64,000 nucleotides of DNA, from positions 1 through 64,000 of the forward strand of contig NMRA01000473.1 in the NCBI GenBank assembly GCA_002633005.1, given 5' to 3'. This DNA comes from Phoronis australis. Taxonomy: Eukaryota; Animalia; Phoronida. Numbering within the stretch: the stretch's first letter is position 1; every line of letters begins with the position of its first letter. Below are positions 1 to 11,500 of this stretch, one piece after another. A model generated the notes under the pieces. The model saw only the letters and a list, made by a program, of their open reading frames with translations, was not told the DNA's origin and made no database searches. The translations under genes and the position numbers were made by a program.

Positions 1-90
1 TCTCAACCTTCTTCAGACAATTAATGACAATAACATAAACATGTTAGTATTCATCAACAGAGCTCCAATCATTGTTATCAGCAATCCTCT

Positions 91-400
91 TTCAATGACT
101 TTGCAATAATAGACCAGGCAGAAACAACAAAGGAGCTTAAAATTCCTGAGGCTCTACACATCAGTTGGTGCAAGCCCAATCTCAATAGGCAACTGGCACA
201 CCACAGGTTGTCATTGTTGTTCTAGTTTATTGTCACTCCCTGTAACTGACTGTGTCTGTGTTTCATTACTTGTTGCTGGGCCTAGCTAGGTGGCCACTAT
301 ACTCTCTCTTCTGATGATGGTGTTTGAATAAATGACACCGAAACATGTCAAGTCGATTTAAAACCATGGTTGTTTTTATTAACATAAACATTCTCCAAGT
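91..400 (+). mobile_element. 3' end of a Penelope-like retroelement (GIY-YIG C-terminus plus 3' region with hammerhead)
   Basis: 91-225 translates FNDFAIIDQAETTKELKIPEALHISWCKPNLNRQLAHHRLSLLF*, matching the PLE GIY-YIG tail (F.II....L.I.EAL.I...KP.LN.Q); a hammerhead motif follows at 308-352. Confidence 0.8.
308..352 (+). ncRNA. Minimal type I hammerhead ribozyme (PLE-associated)
   Basis: CTT-CTGATGA-T-GGTGT-(11 nt loop)-ACACC-GAAA-CAT-GTC-AAG: canonical core, stem II GGTGT/ACACC, palindromic stem III ACATGT, GUC triplet, short stem I CTT/AAG. Confidence 0.75.
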
Positions 401-743
401 TGGGATTGTGAAAAATTAATTATTTTGCTCAAAGTCAAGAATTACTGGAAAGACCACAAAATTACTTACTCTGTAGAATGAAATCACATTGTCTGAAATT
501 TGAGAAATGTGATGAACGTCAAAATCATCCTCGTCCCAAGTTCCAGAATCAAGAAAGTTCAATTATTGCAGAAGTGCCCCATATTCTAGAGACTGTCCTA
601 AATTTGAAATTTTTCTTGTAACTTCTTTTATTGAAATTATTTCTGATGTCAATATTTTACTTTATAGGCAATAAAGATGCTACAAATGTGATGAGTCATA
701 TTGTGTCCTTGTTGACTGCCCTTAACACTACAAAGCTCTACAG

Positions 744-853
744 ATATGGTGGTGAAACAGACATAGCTCAGTGGGCCCAGCACAGAGTACCTGCTGCTTC
801 GCTGCAAGTGTCTGGGGCAGGTGACAAGTACTTCTACTTCCACCATACAGAAG
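744..853 (+). CDS. CPQ: Carboxypeptidase Q (M28 peptidase), penultimate coding exon
   Basis: AG|...|GTCAGT; YGGETDIAQWAQHRVPAASLQVSGAGDKYFYFHHTE matches the CPQ C-terminal region (TDI..W...GVP.ASL....KYF.FHH); phase-compatible with the exon at 2390. Confidence 0.9.
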
Positions 854-1184
854 GTCAGTTTAGAACATGCTATGTTTACTTACTTAATGCGAGTCCTTAA
901 TAAACACAGTCCAATAGGCCTAGGCTAGATTGCATTAAATTTCAAAAATAGTAACTTCTTAATAAGTGTGGTTGTTGGATGACCTCAAAAATCATTGTTA
1001 ACAATAGTTAGATAACAAGCAATTGTGTGATGCCATTGTTGTTAATCAGCATGTAACTGGGCCCTAGCATATGTACAGTATAGCTTAGCATAACACAGGA
1101 TTACAGGTCATGTTGCATTGCATAGAATATTGCAAAACAATGTAACTGACTGTAGCCCAGCCTAGTATACCCCTTGCATTATAT

Positions 1185-1655
1185 ATTGTAACATAACTCT
1201 GAATAGTAACACAACTGTAAAATAGCACAGAATAGCACAACTGTAACATAGCACAGTCTTCCACAACAGTAACATAGCACAGAACAGCACAACTGTAAAA
1301 TAGCACAGAATAGCACAACTGTAAAATAGCACAGAATAGCACAACAGTAACATAGCACAGTCTTCCACAACTGTAACACAGCACAGAACAGCACAACTGT
1401 AAAATAGCACAGAATAGCACAACTGTAACATAGCATAGACTACCACAACAGTAACATAGCACAGACTAGCACAACTGTAACATAGCACAGATTAGCACAA
1501 CTGTAACATAGCACAGATTAGCACAACTGTAACATAGCACAGATTAGCACAACTGTAACATAGCACAGATTAGCACAACTGTAACGTGGCACAAATTAGC
1601 ACAACTGTAACATAGCACAGAATAGCACAACTGCAACATAGCTCTGAATAGCATG
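1185..1655. repeat. 26-bp minisatellite in the CPQ last intron
   Basis: About 18 copies of CTGTAACATAGCACAGATTAGCACAA and variants. Confidence 0.95.
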
Positions 1656-2389
1656 GCCCAACTTTGTTTAAGCAATATATGCTGTAGTTTTACTGGTACT
1701 TTAAATTACCAGAGTATTAAAATTTGGCTATGACATTGAAGCAATTTACAAATTACTTAGCAAGTTGCATTAAATCTTGTGAAAGAAAGTTGATCAAAAC
1801 GTAATGGTAAATGTTACAGATACCTTGTTTATACAGAGCAATTCCATTTTTTAATTTTACTGTTCTGGTACCATCATATTTAGCTTTTGGATAAAGACAT
1901 AACTGTCACATCAGCACGTCAGTAATTTGGTGTGGTTGAGCAAAAAGTGCAACTATGTCGTGAATCTTTTATTGGATTTCAGTTTTTATCAAGAGTGGTC
2001 CAAAGTTGTATACATATATTTGTATTTGAGTGCTCCAAAGCTGAACACAGCGCTGCATAGCATAGGATAACATGGCATAAAATAGGATAACATAGCATAA
2101 TATGGCAGTTTGTAGTTTAGTTAAGGAATGATTTGCTTTATTTGCGACATGCGTCATTATTTCCCTTGCGTAAAGGGAGTTACCTTCAGATACCAAGACA
2201 ATATGGCCATCAGCCAAATTCCAGGCATTTCTTTTAAAACTAATTTCACTTCAGTTTATGGATTAGAAGGTGATGTCATTGCTTTGGTAATCAATTAGAC
2301 CTTGGAAGAAAGGTGATATGCTTAACACTATAATATGATTTGTGGCAACTTTTAAAACATTACGTGAAAGAGAGGTTGTTATTTTGCAG

Positions 2390-2496
2390 GAGACACTATG
2401 AGTGTACTGGACCCACACCAACTGAATCTCTGCTCGGCTTTGTGGACTGCAGTGGCCTATGTAGTAGCTGATCTTGAGTGCATGTTACCTAGATAA
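2390..2496 (+). CDS. CPQ: Carboxypeptidase Q, last coding exon
   Basis: ttttgcag|GA GAC...: GDTMSVLDPHQLNLCSALWTAVAYVVADLECMLPR*, matching the CPQ C-terminus GDTM.V.DP......A.W..V.YVVAD...MLPR; TAA at 2494-2496. Confidence 0.92.
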
Positions 2497-2748
2497 CTTG
2501 TTTGTCATCCTAGTGTAGTTAGAAAGGCAGACTTACACAACTTCTGGCATTTACTTATTGCATAGCAGAAAAGCAATCTCAAAACAATCGTGGGACTAAT
2601 TATCTGGAAGGCAGGTTAAGATGCTGTAATTGTCATGCCACGTTGCTCATATCTTCCTTTAATTATGAAGCAAAACTAAATCTGAATTGAGCACCATTAT
2701 GCATTAACATTACAGTGTATATTAGTTAAGCCTATGTTGTTGCTTTAA

Positions 2749-4052
2749 AGAGTTCCCACCATGCATTTTCTTACTTTTTCAGGTTTGAGTTAGCTAATAT
2801 GAATCGAATACCATAAAATCTTGCTAAATAGGCACTTTTTATGCCAAATAGTGGCAACTTTTTTAATTTTGAACAAAAATTACTTATTTCTAAGTTTCCC
2901 GCCAAATGATGCAATGGGTGGAAGACGGTTGGCCGCTTGACAATCATTTGCAATGTCGGAACACTGCAGGTCAGAAGACAATGACAATATTAGGCGAGAA
3001 TTGGACAATTATTATGCAGACAGAGAGGAGAGTGGATACGGGCACTTATACTCAAGTACTTGAAGAATCAGACAATGAATTCGATTTCCCATTTAGCGAA
3101 CTTTCGTCGGGTTTCAGGCCGTATGAACTCGACCCACTTGCACGAGAAATGACATATGTGAGCCACAACCAACTCTACCAAGTGGTGGTCACTACTCACA
3201 AAATAGACACTTAATAATTACTGACAAAGGCCACAGCCAACCTGGGTTACTCGTATTCACTATTGCCGTGATGGAATGAGCACAGTCTAAACACAATATG
3301 CATAAGCCTACTTGTAGTAGCACTCGATCTGGGCCGGGGTCCAGGGCCTGGCATCACTCGCCCTAGAATGGAAGCAGTTTGTTCGTTATTTACAAAATTT
3401 GCAAATGCACTTACTTGGTGGTGAGTCCTTCATTGTAACGCCGCTTATGTGTGTGGTCGAAACACGATTCTTTGAAATGTGCCGATCAAAGTGTGGCTTA
3501 CGCCAAACTGAATCTCATGTTCCACACTGACACTCCACACTCTTGTTCGGCGCACAATCATGGGTGGCGCAGCACTGAAAAAAGTGGGGGCTAAACTCTC
3601 CCCCCCAGCCCTCCTGTGTTGCACTGCCTATAGACCATGGGCGGCTTTGCCCTAAAAAGGTGGGGGGCTATAGCCCTACCCCAGGCCCCTATGGTGCGCC
3701 GCCCATGACAAACCGGTGCCATTTTTGTGCAACTTTCACGTATTTAGGAAATTTGAACACTAAGACGTTCACAGTCAAGTTGTTGTTACCACAGTTTCCA
3801 CAAACGCACCTTTTCATGTCTGAAAAAGACGGCTCCACGCGGACTTTCTTCACAACTCCTCAGTATCGCACTGGTAAAACAACAACGGCTGAGGCGGTCT
3901 TCCACCCATTGCGTACAAACTTGATAACAGAAAAATATATTTTTAAAATTTTTTGATTGTTTCGTAGCAACAGGTGTACTAAAGGCTATTAAATCTGTTA
4001 AGATGTAATAATTAAATTCCTTTTTGAGACACAGGGTAATGGTGGGAACTCT
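2749..4052 (-). mobile_element. Non-autonomous Kolobok DNA transposon, family B
   Basis: TIR AGAGTTCCCACCAT / ATGGTGGGAACTCT with TTAA on both sides (2745-2748, 4053-4056); minus-strand THAP remnant from ATG 3817 (MKRCVCGNCGN...VFKFPK...QKWHRFVRR...SAHFKESCF); plus-strand FRPYELDP resembles the KolX PY.FEP motif. Confidence 0.85.
3559..3707. mobile_element. Short dimeric CATGGG...CCCATG MITE-like element nested in the THAP remnant
   Basis: Termini CATGGGTGGCGCA / TGCGCCGCCCATG; flanks ACAAT/ACAAA; removing it with one flank copy restores the reading HRFVRR; related copy at 28066-28210. Confidence 0.75.
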
Positions 4053-4144
4053 TTAAAGCAAATTGCTCATATGTTGTCCATCAAACAACCAGCCTTCCTT
4101 CATGCTGAATATTTGTCCAGCAAGAAGGCTGTTGCACTATTAAG

Positions 4145-4204
4145 TGTATGTGTGAATGTACTATTGTACCGAGATCTCAGCACAATAGTACATTCACACA
4201 TACA
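4145..4204. repeat. 60-bp near-perfect loopless palindrome
   Basis: TGTATGTGTGAATGTACTATTGTACCGAGA|TCTCAGCACAATAGTACATTCACACATACA; 28 of 30 pairs are Watson-Crick. Confidence 0.9.
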
Positions 4205-5307
4205 TCGTGATATTTGACACACCAGGGGTGCATTCCCTAGGCCAGGTTTCTAGTAGAAAGGTGACCACCAGCAAGACTACCCAAAATCGTGCAAGTCAAA
4301 AAGCAAATGTTTTATGAATATGCCCAAAACCTTACTGGCGTAACCTATCAGAATGACTGATACTGAACTGAAGTGATTGGTTGATGAAGTTGAGATGTTG
4401 AATTATGGAATGAAATTCATGGTAGACATTTCACTGTTTCCATTCTGTGAGTCACATTTCTCACTGCAAATGCCTGGCTGTTGTCTTTGGTCTATGGAAC
4501 AACCCTGTTTCCATCAAGGAAAAAGGTACCATATGTTGATCCCCCTGTTTCAGTTCATGAAATTAGGATTTTGCACCTATTTAGTTTTGGACAAGCCGAC
4601 TAGTACTGTGAGTGCTACTGGCAGTTGTTTTGGTTTTGAATTTGATAGCCACTGTTTGCCCAATCACTCAAAAGATTGTCATGAAATGTGGCAGGCTGTC
4701 TCAATTCCTTTCTGTGAGGGGACAGCAACCATAATGGTGCTCCACTTAGTGGCAGTTTATTGTTTGCTAACAGTGAGACTTTCATGAACCTCAGCAGATT
4801 TCTTTGATTTGAGGTGCTGGCGATAGGCTACAATTTTAGCACGATTTTGATTTGACTTCTGTTTGCTCTGTCTGTCAAACCATTTGTACGGTAAAGTCGT
4901 GTGATTTTCGGACGGCCCGCCATTTTCGACCAAAAATAAATATTTCCGAAATGAGTTTTTCATAGTCCACGAAATTCGTACAAGGTCCAAAAACTGTTTT
5001 TCAATGATCTTTGAATTTCGGACAATGTCATAAACGTCGGATTTTTGTCCGCGCCTTTCGGACAAGGAAAATTTTAGAAACGCTAATTTGGGATCGTATG
5101 TGAGAAGTTCATACAACTTGACATGAATATTGAGGACATGTCCGCCAGTTTTTGGTGCACCCCTAATGGCAGTTGCGTAATTTTGTTCTATTTTGCATTT
5201 AAAATTTTTTAAAACAATTGTGGTTTGAAGTTCATTTAAGATGAATGCAAGCCCAGATACTAAAGGTGTTGCCAACTCCGATAACTCTCCTGTGATAAAT
5301 ATATATC

Positions 5308-7395
5308 TTAAAGCTGGCTATTAACCAGTGCTCTGTTCTATTCTATAAACATGGTCTCAACATATTTTTTACTTAGAAAAGAAGTTATTTCTGTGTTTAC
5401 AGCCAACTGATAGTCTGTGTCTTCAACCGATAGTCTGTGTTTACAACTGATAGTCTGTGTTTACAACTGATAGTCTGTGTTTACTACAAATTGTCTGTAT
5501 TTACAACCAACTGATTGTCTGTGCTTACAACTGATAGTCTGTGTTTACAACCTATAGTCTGTTTACAACCAACTGATAGTCTGTGTTTACAACTTATAGT
5601 CTGTTTACAACCAACTCATGGATCTTCATTACTCAAAACCATGCTTAATGCTTTAAAGCTGACAGTGACAACCCTGTATGAAGAGTCTGGTGACAAGCAA
5701 TACTGATTTGTCAGCTCTTTCATAGCCTGGAATCTCTCTGATGATAAGGAGCAGCTTGAAACCAATTTCTACTGTGAGTGGTCTGAATTAAAATTTCTTT
5801 TTTTGTGATTGAATTAGGATATGTATCCGCTTTAAGTACTTGGTAACCAGGCCTTATTCTGGACTCCCAGTGAATGAAAGCGATGACTACCTTCATTTGA
5901 AGTTAGTTGGGTTCATGGATGCACCAACGTGGGCGCATATCAGTGTTTTGTCTAGATCTTGTTTCAGAATATTCTGGTATTTAAAAGTAGGATAGTAGGA
6001 TTTTTGCTCAGTTCTAAAATCTGTAGAAGTTTATACCTTTTGTATTGTTCTTGTACATCTTTATATTAACTTATAGTTTTATTTTCTTTTTAATCCAAAT
6101 GTAGATTTATCTGGCCTGTGCCAAACTAAATTGAGGTTGATTTACTCCCTTAGTATTGTTTTGTTTATACAGAGTATACGCCACTNGAACTCGGTGTATT
6201 TTTAGGGGTTTTACATCGAAGTTTGATGATTTATTGGTGTAAAACGATGAATTCAAGCGATAAGCTGACACTAGTAACCGTGTTGTGAACTGCTGAACAG
6301 ACTGCGTGTGAAACCAATTACGTCATTGGATAATTTCAACGCCTCAGTCTGCCATCAGGTGTCAGGTAACGCAACCGTACGTGCCGTTATGGAGTAGAAC
6401 TACTCGATCTAAATTGATACAAATTAGGTTGTTTTTGGGGTGGCATGCTCCTTTAAAGCTGGCTATTAACCAGTGCTCTGTTCTAGATGGAAACTTCTAC
6501 AAACATGGTCTCAACATATTTTTTACTTAGATAAGAAGTAATTTCTGCGTTTACAGCCAACTGATAGTCTGTGTTTACAACCGATTGTCCGACTGTATTT
6601 ACAACCAACTGATTGTCTGTGCTTATTTGATAGTCTGTGTTTACAATCAACTGATAGTCTGTGTTTACAACCTATAGTCTAAGTTTACAACCAACTAATA
6701 GTCTATGTTTACAACCTGTAGTCTGTTTACAACCAACTGGTAGTCTGTGTTTACAACTGATAGTCCGTGTTTACAACCAACTGATAGTCTGTTTTTACAA
6801 CCTGTAGTCTGTGTTTACAACCAACTCATGGATCTTCCTTACTCAAAACCATGCTTAATGCTTTAAAACTGACAGTGACAACCCTGTATGAAGAGTCTGG
6901 TGACAAGGAATACTGATTTGTCAGCTCTTTCATAGGCCTGGAATCTCTCTGAGGATAAGGAGCAGCTTGAAACCAATTTCTACTGTGAGTGGTCTGAATT
7001 AAAATTTCTTTTTTTGTGATTGAATTAGGATATGTATCCGCTTTAAGTACTTGGTAACCAGGCCTTATTCTGGACTCCCAGTGAATGAAAGCGATGACTA
7101 CCTTCATTCGAAGTTAGTTGGCTTCATGGATGCACCAAGTGGGCGCATATCAATGTTTTGTCTTGATCTTGTTTCACAATATTCTGGTATTTAAAAGTAG
7201 GATAGTAGTATTTTTGCTCAATTCTAAAATCTGTAGAAGTTTATACCTTTTGTATTGTTCTTGTACATCTTTATATTAACTTATAGTTTTATTTTCTTTT
7301 TAATCCAAATGTAGATTTATCTGGCCTGTGCCAAACTAAATTGAGGTTGATTTACTCCCTTAGTAGTGTTTTGTTTATACAGAGTATACGCCACT
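5308..7395. repeat. About 0.9-kb direct duplication (5308-6185 and 6453-7395) across a single-N join; probably two uncollapsed haplotypes
   Basis: Near-identical copies, both starting TTAAAGCTGGCTATTAACC and ending GAGTATACGCCACT; copy 1 stops exactly at N 6186; both contain a variable TGATAGTCTGTGTTTACAAC minisatellite (about 5390-5615 and 6545-6826). Confidence 0.85.
6187..6452 (+). mobile_element. Kolobok family A, terminal fragment cut off by the N join
   Basis: Matches 22424-22680; ends GGGTGGCATGCTCCT followed by TTAA (6453-6456). Confidence 0.9.
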
Positions 7396-7421
7396 AGAAA
7401 TTCTTGTTATTGTACTTGTAC

Positions 7422-7427
7422 TTTATT
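7422..7427 (-). promoter_or_regulatory. Candidate polyadenylation signal of the propeller-phosphatase gene
   Basis: AATAAA on the minus strand about 65 nt after the stop codon at 7493. Confidence 0.45.
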
Positions 7428-7492
7428 TTGGCAATGTTAGTTTCAATAAAGTAACAACAAATTAGGAACAGATGCTCATTGATTTACTTTCT

Positions 7493-8506
7493 CTATTTGG
7501 GATTCTTTTTCGTAAAATCATAAACCTTTTTGCCGTATTTATCGACGTAGGTCACGGTTACGTAATTGCCTTGTATTTCGAACCCGGTAAATCCATATTG
7601 CTTTTTGCTCAAGAAGATCTTTACACCTTTATCTTTAACGTCACGAACAGCTTGCGAGTCTTCCGAGTATAATTTGGACCCTGAACCGGATATGACGTAG
7701 TCGACGATGTGGCTTGAAGATGGTTTGGCTAAATGTTGAAGGTTATGGTCATGGCCGGCGATGTACAGCGCTACTTTGTATTGCTCCATCAGAGGGCGAT
7801 AGTATTGGTACATGCCACGTGTGGAACTGAAACGCCCGTGTGGACCTGTAGAGAACACTGGGTGGTGGCCGCACACAATGATCCAGTCCCCTCTCGAGTT
7901 TCTCAACTCATTCTTGAACCAATTCAGTTGTGTCTTGTCGTTACCAGATCGTCCCGTCTGGGTGTCGATCATTATAAAGTGCACTCGCTGTGAGCCAGCT
8001 TGCTTGTAAAAGGAGTAGTAAAGTTTGGGAAAGTACCATCGGCTGTCTCGTCGACCAAGTTCTATCTGGTGGTTCGCCCGGTCATAACGGTGATCGTGGT
8101 TTCCAACGATGACATACCACGGTTTCTTGAGTGATGATTGGTCGTACACCTTTCTCCACGTGTTGTCAACTTGACTGTCTCTATAACTTGTTATTCCGTT
8201 CTCATAAAAGTTGTCGCCCAATGCCAACACGAACTGGGCGTTTTTGGATTTCGCCCAATCAGCCATCTTGTCTGCTACCGCTCGTTGACTACTGCCTGGC
8301 TTCCCCCAATCGCCAAGGCCGACGAAAGTGAGTCTGTCACCTGATGCTCTAGCCGGTTTCGTTATGACATTGCCTGGGTCGACTACAGGCTTGGTGGAAT
8401 CTCCTCGTGCAAAGTAATGCAGGTCCTCGCCTGATCCCTCGCTGATTGTGTAGTATCCCTTACTGTCGTGGCTCCAGGCGATGGACTCACGTACGGACTC
8501 GTGCAC
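7493..8506 (-). CDS. Fusion gene exon 5: last propeller blade, linker and complete tartrate-resistant/purple acid phosphatase (ACP5-like) domain
   Basis: ctag|GTG; RESIAWSHDSKGYYTISEG, then GDWG, GDNFY, GNHD, GHHP, GHDH and SGSG motifs; stop at 7493-7495. Confidence 0.95.
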   Translation of the reverse strand: MHESVRESIAWSHDSKGYYTISEGSGEDLHYFARGDSTKPVVDPGNVITKPARASGDRLTFVGLGDWGKPGSSQRAVADKMADWAKSKNAQFVLALGDNFYENGITSYRDSQVDNTWRKVYDQSSLKKPWYVIVGNHDHRYDRANHQIELGRRDSRWYFPKLYYSFYKQAGSQRVHFIMIDTQTGRSGNDKTQLNWFKNELRNSRGDWIIVCGHHPVFSTGPHGRFSSTRGMYQYYRPLMEQYKVALYIAGHDHNLQHLAKPSSSHIVDYVISGSGSKLYSEDSQAVRDVKDKGVKIFLSKKQYGFTGFEIQGNYVTVTYVDKYGKKVYDFTKKNPK

Positions 8507-11500
8507 CTAGGTACCAAAGTAACAAGCAATATGAAAAAACAAACCAATTTTGGGAACTTGAAGATGTAATTAAAGCACACACACTTGTAAAAAACATTGT
8601 GTTATTTACTCACTGGCGGATCTAGAACATTGAAGGAGTGGCGACCACATATTATCGAAGGAAAAGAGTGTTCACACCCCTCTTAAAAGGTCACGCTGAC
8701 GGAGTGTTTTCATTCTGACAGTTGTCTGAGGGGGTGGTTTGCCTTCACTAGTCTTTATTAGATTAGCTTTTATGTTACTCACGTTAGAATTGATTTCTAG
8801 GCTTCACAAGAACGGACACTTAGTTAATGCTCCAGTCCTATGCAATACTCAGCTGTTGGCTTTCCGACTACTCCAGACGGTGCTCATCAATTTATTGTCA
8901 CTGAATTGTCGCACTCGACATACTGTTGCCCTGGCGAAAGTATATGTCGAGTGCAACAGTGTATGCAACCAAAATCGACATTGTCACTCCCAACTATGTT
9001 GGAAGACTGTCTGCTTGCCAGGGTACATAGGCGGATCCAGAGACAGAGGAAGGCCCACGAAATGATATGAAACCCAAAAACGAGCAACGATGTAGGAAGT
9101 TGAATTGGGAAAAGATCATTGCAGGAGATGGTTGGTGATGAAAAGCACACGTGATTCCAATCTCGTTTGCGGGGGCGTTGAATTTGCATTGAAAATCTAG
9201 ATACTGAAGACATGTTTTACCCCTTCCAACTTTCGGCAACCCCCACACGAACTCATGTTCCTCATTTTGACTCCCTGTCACACCCAACCCATGTAGGAGT
9301 CCTTTAGGAGGTGGTGTAACTTCTGGGGGTGTGTCGGAAATGCGCCTTTCACATAAGTTTTTAAATTTGAAGAAATTGCATCATAAAATCGTTTGACGTC
9401 GACTTCTTGTTCGTCTGTGGTGAATTTTCTCTACCAAAACATTTAGGTACTCTTATAGGCCAATCCAATGGGGCTATTCGGAAAATCTACAATAACTAGA
9501 GGGCCCGCGTGTGCTAGTGGTGATAGATTAACAGCTTCGATTTCGCGAGCCCTTTAAATACATGGTGAAATGGCTTGCAGCCGTGCCAACTGAATCTGAG
9601 ATTGCGTGAAAAGGGTGCTTCTATGAGAGAAGTAAGCACGACCTTATACAAAGGTAAGGTTTGTGATTATTTTAACGATTATTCCAAATTCTACCGATGC
9701 CTGTTAACTGAGGTACTCGCCGATGTCGACTTCGCGGCAGTCGCCAGTCGGGTTAATCTTTGTTTGTTGTGATATGTGATACGATAATTGACGTAGCAAT
9801 CGGGATCTTTTCGTACATCAAAGCATTATTATTATTTGGAATGATTTCTAACAGTTTATCAGTGACAGTTACACCAATCAATGCTGAATGTTTATGCCGT
9901 CAACTCGATACAGGTTAATGAGTTAAGATTACAATCCAAGCCCAATGGCAAAGGGTACATGAAAGACCAGAAGGCTTTTTCCTGCTCTCAAAAAAGGATT
10001 TAAAGTTAAAAATATACCTCAACGAATGACTCGGGAACAAATATATATATCGAAATACTCGGAACTCTACTCGAAAACTAACTAACTCCATGGCATATCT
10101 CAAGTAACTCGAAGGACATTTAAATCCTGGGCCCAGGAAACTGCATATTTGTAAAGATGCAACATTGTATATTGTCGCTGTGCTTGAACTGGCAATGCTT
10201 TTTGAAACATTGGCTTGAGTGCCTCTGAAACTGTATTGCATGCTTTGGTACTGGGAATGCTTTTGAAGTATCCAAACTGAATTGTTTAATAGGCTATGAA
10301 CCGGCACTCCATCACAAAAAATAACTTTTGATTTGGATCTCTTACTGTGACAAAATTGGTTTCCGGTCTCGACGTGGGATTGCTGCCGCCTATTTTGGTC
10401 ATGTGACAAAACGTGAACATGTACCTATATCCGAAATTAGGCAAAATCATGCTTGAAAGCAATGTTTTGGATATGCACGCAACCTATTTATTTTAAAGGA
10501 CGTTTTAGCTAGTTGGCTCGAATGTAGTGGAGAATATTGCACAGTACGCCAAGACAAACCGCATTTTAAACACCTATTTTAATTAAAATTGTTTTTCAGT
10601 TGAAAACTGTTTCCATTTTCCCTTGTTTTATGCAGGAGAATTCAATCAAATGGCTTAAGTCAATCAAGCATTCTCTTAAAGCCTATATTGAAAGGTAACT
10701 CTTATAAATATGTCTCTGAGTTCCATAAACTGTCTAATAACTGTTAGGCTTATTGGTTTGCTTTTGTGTATGTCACCGCGAGAATCAAACAGTTGCGAAT
10801 AGCACGGCGCACGCAATGGTGTTCCACTCAGACCCCTATTCAATACAGCTGTTATCGACCTTTTGTTGTCTGTGCAGGGATCTGGTGGTGACGAAAAGGC
10901 AACTTCACCTACCATTTGACGAGCCTACATTTGCGTGGTTAAACTCTCGTTTTCTTATTTTGCTAAGGCTTTGCGAGGAATACCTGGTTAGCTCAGTACA
11001 TCTAAAATAACAAAATTCCGTTGAGGTTAGGCTTTAATTTCCTTCTCAGCATTATTCTATAGTTACCATAAACCCAGATACGTTAATTATACACTCAAGC
11101 GTATCTAACAGAACGTCTTATATATGTTATAGTCTGAGAAATGCTTTATAAAACTAAGTCGCTTAGGAATGTTTTGCACGCGGGCAAGATTATACACTTA
11201 TATCGAGGACCTTGCGTGTGTCAGTATCCACAGCAAAGCATGAGCCTGTACAAAGGAGATGCACTCATGCCTATAATCAATTAGGCACATGCGCATACAC
11301 ATATAACAATTTTCCTTGAAGAACGCATGAATTCGAATATAGGCGCATGGGCCTACATACGCGCATATGCGGTAGGCAAATGGTTTTCAAAATCAAAGTT
11401 GCCTGCTTCCACTGCTTGTATGGCTTTCAAAGTGTCATAAAATGCTGATCCAAAGTACGTCTGACTCCCTCGCAAAGTGAAATTTTTGTTTCGCCACTGT

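Noticed and set aside
1085-1488. Cys/Tyr-rich ORFs on the minus strand
   Set aside because: They are translations of the 26-bp minisatellite in a CPQ intron; several frames are open
4377-5275. 136-aa and 172-aa ORFs
   Set aside because: Non-ATG starts, no recognisable motifs or splice signals; overlap repeat-like sequence
7493-8506. Stand-alone GTG-start prokaryotic phosphatase gene or bacterial contamination
   Set aside because: The GTG follows an AG acceptor, joins four upstream exons in frame, and is embedded among animal genes and transposons
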